DNA of 64,000 nucleotides. Source: Orbicella franksi. Taxonomy: Eukaryota. This document shows positions 13,501-25,500 of the stretch, in pieces; position 1 is the first letter of the stretch, and every line of letters begins with the position of its first letter. The notes under the pieces are model-generated. The model was not told the DNA's origin, made no database searches, and saw only the letters and a program-made list of their open reading frames with translations. A program made the position numbers and the translations under genes. The DNA lies in contig OZ116708.1 in assembly GCA_964199315.1 (NCBI GenBank), positions 27,342,001-27,406,000 of the forward strand. Direction: 5' to 3'.

Positions 13501-16500
13501 TACTTACTTACTTACTCACCCATGCCTGGCAAGCCTCATATATTTAGAGAAATTTTGTTGATCAATGCCATTTTTGTTTTGTTAAAAATTTCATCCTAAT
13601 TGAACTTGAGTAAGAGTTTATACTAACAAAGAATACTTATGCTGTATCATGACACCTAATTTAAAATATGAATTATAAATGACCCCTTGCACTCTTTTGC
13701 TCAAACATTGTAATCCATTTTTTATGTTAAGCCCCTAAATATCTGAATTTAACTTTTGTTTTGACAACTGGTTCACATTATCAAAAAAAAAAAAAAAAAA
13801 AAACTTAAGAAAAAGAAGAAAAAGCTCAATGCAGGTTAAAGGAAATTACTGGTATATATGTCATGGTTGAAGGCTATAAGTGTATGATGTTTACATCATC
13901 TGTTGTCCAACTATATGCAAATTGAGCAAACAAATGGCATTTATTCATGATTAATAATACCTTATATTATTGCCCTTTGCTTCTCATAAAATCATAAAAA
14001 AGAATAGAACACATTGGTCTGACATAATTAAAAGACCAATCTTTGCTGCCAGTGGGAATAATTCTTCAGCATCCAAACAACTAGAACTAATCTGGTATGA
14101 TCAACAAGATAATTGCTTGAATTAATTGTGATGTTGAGACCTTTAATGTGAAGCTGGAGGGCATGAATCTCCAGACAATAAGCCCCCCAATCTAGTTAAG
14201 GACAGGACATAGTTTTCATTCCATTGTATCTAAGAGCTGTTTTAATTATCTGCACTCTCAGCTACAAGTAAGACAACTTGCCAAAGAACTGATAAAAATA
14301 TTGTTGCATGATAATATTCTCTGTAAGACAGCAGTCTCTTTTTGAAACCAAAGTGACCTCTATGGTGAAGTTATATTATGCCCTTGACTATTCAGACGTG
14401 ATGGTATTTATGTAATTATGACCTGAAATAATTACACCTAGTGTTATTCTCTGGAATTAAAAAATTTGCATATGAGTTTCAATTAAGTATATTTTATGAT
14501 ATTTACTCTGGAATAATGCCTGGGAGGATGTAATAAAAACCACGTGTCAAATACATTAGGCATTGCCAGACGTGATGGTATTTTTATGACATAACAGAGA
14601 AGATTATATTTGCTTAAGTATAACACTTAGTTTGATTAGGGAAAATTATTTTTTCTATTAAATTTTTTAAAACGTAAGATGATTATTTTTTTAAGATAGA
14701 AAGAACCTTGTTCAGGTTGTGATGAATATAACAGACTGGTACAAAATGTGTAACAATGTGAATGCATGTTGAATAGTACTTCAAGTGATATTGCATGATC
14801 TGTATACCAGCTGAAAATGCTTTTGTCTATGTTGACTAGCTTTCAACAGTGCTGACTGTCTTTTATTAGTATTGCCACTGACTTACTCTACGTTGCAAAA
14901 CAAAATGAAGCAAAATGGAACAGTATAAAATGAAATGAAACAAACCAAGACAAGTGACAAAAAGATATATATTGAGTGCTATGGTCAGAAATCTTCTGAA
15001 AGAGGAGTAAAAACAATGGAAAATTGTGTAAAGTTTACTCCAAACTTCAAAATCTATATTGTGAAAAAGTGAGCCAAGAGATGAAAAAACCCTCTTGCTT
15101 TGCAAATGACAGATTCTTAAAAATCTCTATTTTGTGGAGTGATGCTTACAGGCCCATTTCGAATTGAAACTTTATTCTCTGTACTCTGCACTTTTTTGCA
15201 ACATCAGTTGGAAGATTTGTTTCAGATTTTACACTGGCAATATAGCTGATCTCAATGATGCTGATATTATTTATATGGTTTTAAATGCTTCTTTATCATT
15301 GCTAGATGCTAGTGACATCTTCAAGGGAAATATTAAATTGATCCTGGGTCTGATATGGACATTGATTCTGAAGTACCAGATCAGCATGCCATATCTTGAT
15401 GATGACGATGATGAAGGACAGAAGATGACGCCTAAACAAGCACTTCTGGCATGGGTGAAAAGCAAGATGCCAGAGTCTGTTCCAATGGATAATTTCAACA
15501 GAGACTGGAATGATGGACGAGCTGTAGCTTGCCTGGTGGATGCTGTTGCTCCTGGCCTCTTCCCAGAGTGTGAGGATCTGGACCCTGCCGATAGACTTGA
15601 AAATGCAAGACAAGCAATGCAAGCTGCTGAAGACTGGCTTGGTGTTCCTCAGGTAGTCATTTTACAGTCTCGGGGAGGGAATGGGTTGGATTATATTGTA
15701 TGAGTGAGTGTGAGTGACACTGCAGCAGAAAAGCTTATTGCACTGGTATGTTGAATAAAAGTGGTGGCAGTCAAAGATTTCTAGTGTGCATTTGATGCAA
15801 TCAATGAGAAAATTGGATATCTATAAGTATGCAAGAAAAATTACCCCCAAAAGAGCAGAAAGATTGAAGTGAAGTGCACAGAGATGAAATTTTAAGATTT
15901 CTTTCTGTGGTAACTGTAGATTCAGTGTGGCATGTAGGATATCAAGTGGCAGTTATTTTACATATCAAGATTTTCTTGAAAACTTAGAATAGTACAAAGG
16001 TTGCATATAGAGCAAACCCATAGCACTAAATGGATTTTGATAAAGTTATATTAGACCTTAGTTAACAAGGCTAGAGCATGCTTTTAGTGGGTTTGTTGAC
16101 TAAAGTGGGTTGACTAAAGTGGGTAGTATAGGGGTTGAATTGCCTAAAGCTTGATTCAAAGTAAGGTAAACAGTGCAAGAGAGATGTTAAGACTCTCCAG
16201 GGCCAAATTTTTGGAATATCAAGGTTATAATTATATCATTTTAAAAATTTTAAAGTATACTGATGCTCTTCTACATAACTGATATACTTAATTTTCTTAC
16301 AATCTTACAGGTTATCACTCCAGAAGAAATCACTAATCCTAACGTTGATGAACTGAGTGTCATGACATATGTCTCCTACTTTCCTGAGGCAAAACTGAAA
16401 CCCGGTGCTCCCCTGCGCCCAAGGACCCACCCCTCGGCAAAGTGTTCTGCCAAAGGACCCGGTGTGGAACCAAAAGGCCTTGTTGTCAAGAAGCCAGCCG

Positions 16501-19500
16501 ATTTTACTGTGCTCACTCAAGGTGCTGGAATGGGAAAGTTGAGTGTTTCTGTCTGGGGACCTGGAAAGTCAGAAGAGGAAGTAATTGTACGGGACAATCA
16601 AGATCATACCTTTGCATGTCAATACTTTCCACAGAAACAAGGTAATTTAAATATCTCTTTGCCCTTTCACCACTGGATAGCCCTTATGTGCTTGTGACAT
16701 CACTGTTTGGCTCAAATCTGGCCGATTTTGATGAAGGCATTAAATTGTGGCACCCCCACCCCCACCCCCCCCCCCCCCCATACATGATGTAGATGGACTG
16801 GGACAAAGTTCAAGGCACGAAAACACAACACTCCTTAGTTAATTGTACATGGGCAAGGCTGACAGTAACCAGCTTAGCTTTGACAAGCTTTGACAACACA
16901 TCCTGTCAACTCTCTGACTGGTTTTGACCAGTTCCAAAACTAAGGAGTTAATAGTTAAGGAGATTTAACATTTTAAGTTTACAGGTAATCTGTAGCATGA
17001 TTTTCTGTATCAGGAAAATATGATGTGCATGTAAAATGGAATGGGAGACATATCCCCAAGAGTCCATTCCGAGTGGAAGTTGGTCAAGATCTTGATGCCA
17101 GTCAGGCTTACGCCACAGGACCTGGATTGCAGCCTGAAGGAATCCAAGCCGGCAAGTACACAGACTTCACTGTGTTCACAAAAGGTGCTGGAGAAGGACA
17201 AGTGTCTGTCAAAGTTATTGATCCACGTGGTGGAGAAGATGTGGACATTATTATCGAACCACAGGAAGATGGGCAGTATTTTGTTGAATACCAGCCTGTT
17301 AACGCTGGAAAACACACCATCAAGGTGTTGTTTGGAGGACAACCAATTAGTAAGAGCCCCTTCCATGTCATGGTGAGCCCACCACGAATTGAACCCATCC
17401 CATCAAAAGTGCGAGTGTTTGGTCAAGGTAAGCAATCTTAAAGTGTCTATCTCGGTATTCTCTGGTAATGAGCTCCAAGCACACTTTTGACCTCTTGAAC
17501 ATTTTGTTTTTGCAGCCAAATAACTATTAATGAAACCTGTCTTCAGTGGCCATCTCTGCTAAGTTCCAGATAGGCTTTAATGAAAGAAAGGTTACCCATA
17601 TCAATAGGGGCTAAGTTTCAACAGGTCTATGGTTTAGAGGCTTACCAAATTGCAAGAAGTTTTCATTAATTTGTCACATTAGATCTAGCTGACTCTGTAG
17701 GGGTTTTGACCAGAGGCCCTTCCCTAAACTTCTGACTGTTCACCTATGAGGTTTTATTTTGTTTTATATGATTATGATTTGTTGGTTTGTTAAAAGTGAA
17801 AAGTAATGCTGTAGGCTTGAGACACCCATTGAAACTTCCTCTGTGTCTGTTTGTATGACTTTTGCCATACCACAAAAAGTATCTTTCGAAATTATGGACA
17901 AGTATACTTTATGTGGTCTTTGGATCTATAGTTAAAACCTGGTTTTTCCCTGGGTTAATTGATAATGACAAAAGCCGTACTTACATGCATGTATGTTTGT
18001 TAATAATGTTACAGGTGTCGAGCCAACTGGTTTAAAGGCTGGACAGCGAGCACCATTTACAGTTGATGCCAAGGGTGCAGGTGATGGTGAACTGGATGTG
18101 TTTGTGGAGGGCCCTCAAGGAGAAGAAAAAGTTGACATCAAGAACAACGGCGATGGGACATATTCATGTATCTACTATCCTGGGAAATTTGGAAAGTATG
18201 TTGTCAATGTGACATGGAGTTCAGTTCAGGTTCCAAACAGTCCTTTCAATGTCAAAGTTGCTCCAGCTGTTGATGCAAGTAGAATCAAAGCTTATGGACC
18301 TGGTTTGGAGAGAGGTGAAGGTTTTTCCTGTTTTGTTAGACAGGTTTTATTGTCAAGCACTGATTTCTGAGTTTTTGCTTTGGCACATGAGCAAGTTTAG
18401 GAATGATTTGTGGAGGCAGGGGCCACTGTTTTTTTTCTTACATTACTTTCTTGCGAATGAAAATATGGTCAAACCTGTATTAAGCAGCCACCTATTAAGT
18501 GGCTAGTTATCAAAGTCCCAAAATTATTGTCTCTAAAATATTTCAAATGAAACCCGTATTAAACAGCCACGGTCACCTTTTGGTTGTTCAGATGAAGGTT
18601 TTTTGTCTTTAACCCTATGAAACGGCCATGGTCCAAAATTAAATACACATAATTTAGCTTTGTTTTGGAAAAGGTAATGACAGACAAGAGTCAAAAATAG
18701 AAGGTGATGAGTGATAAAAACATTCAAACACTTTATCATGATTGCCTTGGAAGTGATTCCATGTTCACTAAGAAATTAACTAGGTGGTAAAAAGTATTCA
18801 AGTTACACCAACCCCTATTAAGGCACCTCTCATTTTTCCTGAGGGTGGCCACTTAATAGGGGTTCACTTGTACTACTTTTAAAAGCTAAAATTGGTGTTG
18901 AAGCAGTGTTCTGTTCAGGCTAAGATAAGTCATGTATAGATGTCTCACAGTGCTTGTACCCTTTTAACTCTTACCTCACAGGTACTGCAGGCAAGCCATG
19001 TGAGTTCACAGTGGAAACCAAAGGAGCAGGAATTGACAGTCTAGGATTTGCCATTGAAGGGCCATCTCAGGCAGAAATTCACTGTCAAGAGCGGTCACCA
19101 GGCATCTGTGATGTGCATTACTACCCAACTACACCAGGAAATTATGCTATTCATGTCACATGTGGGGATGAAGACATTCCCAAGAGTCCCTTTATGGTGC
19201 CAATATCACCTGCAGGAGATGCCAAGAAAGTGTACGCTGAAGGACCTGGTTTACAGCCTGAGGGTGTTGTAGCAGGTAAAGCTCTTTTCAGTTAGGCAAG
19301 TTTTCAGAGTGTAATGGGACCAGTCCTTTAATATGTTCTCCATGTGTACTTTGATGTTTACTACTTTGTTGATTTGGGCAGTTCCATTTTTTATCCACAC
19401 CCCCATGTTGAGGGTCAAGGAAATCTGAAAGGGTGGGGTAGGTCTTTAAAGGCAGTTTCTGAGGGAGCAACTGTGTCGGTACCTTCGATCTTTTATGTAC

Positions 19501-22500
19501 TCTGAAGGGGGAAGTGAGTCAGCGGTTGTGATAAGTTAACTTTTTTGAGGGGGTAAAATTCAAAGCTCTTCAACAGAGGGGAGGGTGCGGATATAAAATG
19601 GAATGACCCAATGAAGAGTTTTAACAGGTTTACTTATGTTATAAGCCAGTTTTAATTTATGACTATTTGAAATGCGTCGTAATTTATTCACTTGCTGAGT
19701 TGATGGACTATCTGCAAAATTGTAGCAATAAAACACAGGAACGTGGATGTTCTCATATCTTAATTTTTAGGCCTAAATATAGTCTGCAGTCTGCAAGTGT
19801 CATACAGCTGTACACTGACATTTTGGTAAGCTTTAGGTGAACTTACCCGTCGCATTTCTGCAACAATGGATAAACAAAGGCTTGTCCGGTTTGTCAAAGA
19901 CTCTGCAACGGTTTGTAGACAACAGGAAGTTGGAGTACAGTGGCTGCATTACACAGAAAATGACGAAAATTGAAGCTGAATTTTGTTACTTCACAAGTAT
20001 CCCTGCCGCCATATTATTAACACGCGGCCAGAAAATGTGAGGTCTGGGACCAATTTTATTTTCGGAAACTTTTCGTTGACAATCGGGCTATGAAAGTGTT
20101 ACGAACATGTTCCGAAGAAAAGGCGGATCTCAGACCTTCGTTCAATTTACTTTATGAAGTGCAGGGTTGAGGAATAGGAATTTCAGAGACCAGGAAATAA
20201 CACGAGAGTGTGTTTCTTTCTTCAGGTGTGCCAGCTGAGTTCACAGTTTTCACCAAAGAGGCTGGAGAAGGCGATGTTGACGTCCGAGTGATCGATAACA
20301 ACGGCAAGAAGGTTCCAGCGGACATCACTGACAACAAAGATGGAACTTACTCTGTGGTGTACTATCCAACAGCAGTCGGTGCGTACACGGTGAACATCAC
20401 TTTCAACTCTGAAAGTATTCCTAAGAGCCCCTTCAGAGTCAACGTCTGCCAGACCAACTCCGCAGCGTGCCGTGCTTATGGACCAGGCCTGGAGAAGGGC
20501 TTTGTCAATCAGAACAACGAATTCAAGATTGAAACTAAAGGAGCTGGCGAGGGTGGCCTGGGGCTGACCATTGAAGGACCATCAGAAGCGCAGATTGAGT
20601 GTAAAGACAACGGCGATGGGTCATGTGACGTCACTTACCTACCCCCAGACCCCGGCGATTACGTCATCAACATCTTATTTGCCGATGAGCACATCCCAGG
20701 GAGTCCTTTCAAAGCGAGGATCTCTTATCCTTTCGACGCCTCCAAGGTCAAAGTTGAAGGTCCTGGAATTGAGCCCGGGATACGCGCGGGTGAGCCAGCG
20801 GATATTGATATTGACACTCGCATGGCTGGAGATGCGGAACTGAAGGTTGAAGCAGTGGATGAGTTGAACAGCCCTGTTCAGTGCGACATTGATGAAGAGG
20901 AGTATGGAATATACGCTGTGACTTACTATCCCAAAAAGAAAGGTAGGATGTTATTCTCAAGTGCTTGTGGCGTTTGCGTTAAAAAACGCATCACAAAAAC
21001 GTTACCAAACGCGTTGCAAAACTCGTTACTTAGGTGGGTGTCTTGTGAAAACTCTAATGTATTTCACTTCGCTTTTCCTACGTTTGACTCAAGTCACGTG
21101 TTTTTCCCGCTCTTTCTATCTGCAACAGATTTCAGATATATATTTTAACTGGTTGCGCTCATTACAGCTGTAGCAATTGGCTGTTTGTCTCGGTTGTAAC
21201 TTTCCTCGAAAAAAGAAGTAAAAGGTACTTAATAAGGAAGACTTGCATCTGGTTTATTTTCACGCCTTTGAAGGTCGCTTGTATTTTTGAATTCAGATCA
21301 TTTTGAATAACATAAGTTTTGTTCTGTAATTTTTTGAGGTAACCACAAAGTCAGCGTCAAATACGGTGGAGTGCATGCGCCGGGAAGTCCATTCAAAGTT
21401 GCCATCTCGCCCAAGTCTGACGCGTCAAAAGTGAAAGTGACGGGACCTGGGGTTGAACCAACCGGAGTGCAACCTGGCAAGCCCACTTATTTTACTATTA
21501 ATGCTTCTGAAGCCGGAAAGGGAGATGTTCACGTGAAAGTGGAACCAGTCAGTAAGTATCTTTCTGTCTTGTTTGGATGAGAATGTTTTTCTTCGCGGTT
21601 TTCTTTCGCGTCTACACGACGGACTAAGCGAAAGAGGGACTACTCGTAGTCTAACCTTTCTTTGGTAACCAAATGAAGTATAAGATATGGCCGTCGTTTT
21701 TTCTATTTATAGAACGTGGGCGTCCTGTGGATGTGGAAGTGACCGAAGAAGGAAAAGACACATTCAAGTGTGAGTACGTGGCACCGGTGGAAGGAGCCTA
21801 CAAGGTCGATGTGAAATTTGATGGTAGCCCTGTGCCCGGCAGCCCTTTCCCTGTGGAGGTTGCCAAGCCTGGTGATGCTGGAAAATGCAAGGCTCAAGGC
21901 GATGGACTGGAGACGGCCATTATCGATCAACTGGCTGAGTTTGATGTCGACTGTAAATCTGCCGGTAAGATTAAGCTAGCGGAAAAATACATAGGTTCAT
22001 TTCCAAGGGTCTTCCCTTGTAAATTGGCGTTGCGTTTTTAGCGTTTGCAGAAGCCTATGAGTCATGAACCCCTGACGTTTGGGAGATTGTTGGGCGTGGT
22101 CGGGTGCGAGTGGGATGGGGTGTCGTGAAATATATCGTTACGCCATTATGCAACTTTCCCAATATCGCTGATACCATACATCAAAGAAGTGTGTGACAAT
22201 AAGTATATAAGTAGAATATTTGAACTCTGGTGAAGGCGGACAGAGGCCACCGGAAATTCAAGAAAAAGAAAAAAAAGCAGATCGGATTACAAAAAAGTCT
22301 TAGAATGTCTATCACCGATCGCAACACTGGAAGCAGTATTTCAAGCCTGGGGCTTAAAGAGGTGACCTGTGCTTTATTTCAGGAGAGGGACAGTTGATGG
22401 CGGCAGTAGACAATCCATCTGGTGCACACACAGACACCTTAGTCACTGACAATGAAGACGGTACATATTCTGTGTCGTACACACCATTTGAAGAAGGAAT

Positions 22501-25500
22501 ACACACGCTGAACGTTAAGTTTGGAGGTGATCACATTCCTGGCAGCCCGTTCAAGGTTAGTTTGCGTTTCCGCATAGCAAGAGTTAAACTGACATGAACA
22601 ATACTTTATCTACATCACAATACTTTTAAAAGCCTTTATCAGTTTGTAACGGAACACCTGTTGGATATTGTGTGACACCACGGTAACGGTTACGAATAAA
22701 TACGTAAGGCACGCTGTGAACCCATTCGAAGTAATGAAAATACTTTCACTTTATTCACAGGTCGATGTTCTTCCTCCCACGGATGCAACGAAGTGCAAAG
22801 CTTATGGTCCCGGCTTGGAAAATGCCCTTGTGGGTAAACCAGCTGACTTCACCGTGGAAACCAAAGGGGCTGGGGCTGGCGGCCTGAGCCTGGCCATCGA
22901 GGGACCTTCTGAGGCAAAACTCACTTGTAATGACCATGGAGATGGAACGTGCTCAGTGAAATACACGCCCACAGAGCCCGGTGATTATGAGATCCATATA
23001 AAGTTCGCCGATGAGCACATCCCCGGAAGTCCCTTCAACGCAAAGGTTTGCATTATAAAGTGAACATAGTGTTTTCACAAGACGTCTCAGGAGTCATATT
23101 GGTGTCCTGAAACAAATTAATCGGCGGCCATGTCGATGTCCCAAACCAATCCTGTGGGAGTTGAACTATTTTCTTTTGTAAACACTTTCTTTTGTTCGAA
23201 TACATTTGCATGTCTGCTGGCCAAGGGAGTGAAAACGCTCTACAGGATGTCTTATAGTCTTATAGTTAAACAATGTGGACAGACCCAGTCAATATTGATT
23301 TTATTTCTCAGGTGACACGTCCAGTTGATGCAAGTAAAGTGAAGTGTTATGGACCCGGTGTTGATCGTGTTAATCCGTTATACTCCAAGACACCACAAGA
23401 ATTCACTGTAGATACCTCTGAAGCAGGTGATGCTGACCTGGACATAACTGTAGAGACACCTAATAGGAAAACCCTTAAACCTGAGCCTGTCTGCGAGAAA
23501 GGAGATGGGGTCTATACGGTGGATTATACACCCGAGGATGAAGGTGAGATACGCATATTTATCAATTAAGCACGTTCGTTTTAGTGTGCGGTTGTTGTTG
23601 TTGCTTTATATGTACTTTTTTGCCGCTAAGCGGTTGTTCCTCTTTTCCTTGCTTAGCAAATCACTTAACTTCAGTTGTACTCGGGACTGACTTGTTCTTA
23701 TTTGCTAGTTGTAACCTTAGGTTGAACGTGACATAAACTGGCTCCAACTTGACTTCCGAATTCTTTTCACTCAAAGTGACCAAAATTTTTTAAAGAGAAA
23801 AAGAAATAATAAAGCAATGATGGAGTCAGTGATCTGGGAGGAACGAAGTTTGGAGAGGACTTGGGCGAAATTAATGGATGAGAGATGCTTTTAACATACT
23901 GATTACTCAAAAAACCTTCATGGGACAAGAACTGAAATATGCAAAGATATGCCAACGAATGCAAGACTAACATGCTGATTTGTCTTCTCGTCAGGTCGTT
24001 ACACTGTCAACGTGAAGTACGGTGACAAGCATGTCCCCAACAGTCCGTTCCGTGTCCGTGCCGGACCTCCCTTTGACGCGAGTAAAGTCAAGGTATCTGG
24101 ACCAGGAGTGGATGAGTCGCCGCTGACAGATGTGCCTGTACAGTTCGTTGCCGACTGTACCGAAGCTGGCACTGCTCCTCTGACAGGTGTGAACACTTTG
24201 TGGTAATCTTGCTTAAAGTTTTATAGTGATGGAATCAACCTTGTTCACAGGTTCTCTCTTCCCTCCGCGCTCTGGAGCGCAGGAAGAAGAGAGACCCTAA
24301 GAACGAGGTTGTCATGAAAGCTGCTCGTTCCCAGGGTTTTTTATTGTTCTTAGAAACACTGTTGTCTTGTTACTCTACGTTTGCTGTTCTTCTGGATTAT
24401 AAGAAAAGGAGATGTGACGCTCTCATCATTTTCTAATTGCAGCGACTGTAGCGCCGCCTAGTGGCCCTGATCTGCCTGTAGATGTAAAGGAAAATGGTGA
24501 TGGAACTTATACCCTGGAATATGTACCTGAGAAACCAGGCCGCCACAGTGTTGACGTCAAGTACGGTGGCAAGAGAGTTCCAAAGAGTCCGTTTAGAGTC
24601 CAGGTTAAACCGAGTGGTGACGCGTCTAAAGTGGAGGTCGATGGACTGGGACCTGATGATACTTTCACTGTGGGTAAAGAGAATGACTTCACGGTGGACA
24701 CCACAAAAGCTGGGAAAGGTGAGATGCGTCAGGATAGATTTTTAAATAATATTTTATATGGAAAGAGGTGAGTTGAAGAGTCATGGCGAAGACTTTTAAT
24801 ACCCGGCAATAGGCCATATTCGTATTCTCGGTATTGGAGTGGAACTAGCTTGCAACTGAGGTTAATACGGGGAGTCTTTTCAAATGCAAATTAAATTAAT
24901 ATCTTTAAAGGGTATTCTTCCGCGTGAGCCTCCATTGCAAGCTAGGTACAGTCCAATACCGAGAATACAAATATGGCCTACTTTGAGAGAGATTGAAAAA
25001 GTAGCTGTAACTGAGAAGGTTTGCCTGTTATAAGAGTTGATGAACTTAATTACGCTGTGCAAACTCGAGCTATTTTAAATTCATAAGAGTAACAATAGCG
25101 TTTTTACGTCATGTAGGAGTACCCAAGTGTGTTATCAAAGGCCCCAGGAGGAAGGAAGTTCCGGTTGAAGTTCTAGACAATGGTGATGGTACCTTCGACT
25201 GTGTCTTCGTCCCCGAAGATGAAGGACGTCACGATGTCGATGTTCTTTTTGGCGGCGAACCTGTACCCGGAAGTCCCTTCAAAGTGAAGGCTAAAAAACC
25301 TATTGATGTCGACAAGATCAAATGCCAGCCTAAGGCTGATAAGGAGCCAATAGTGGACGAGGAACTTGTCTACGCCATCGACACACGACCCACCGAGTCG
25401 GCCCCTGGTGAAGGCCTCCTAAATGGCTCTCTCTTGACGCCCTCTGGTGAAAAGGAGCCTGTTAAAGTCAAGGACAACAACGACGGTACCTATGACGTTT

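Noticed and set aside
23701-23711. Match to the 5' part of cnidarian miR-2022 (similarly a miR-2036-like 12-mer at 49165-49176)
   Set aside because: Only 11-12 nt match the sequences as I recall them, the rest diverges, and no precursor hairpin is evident.
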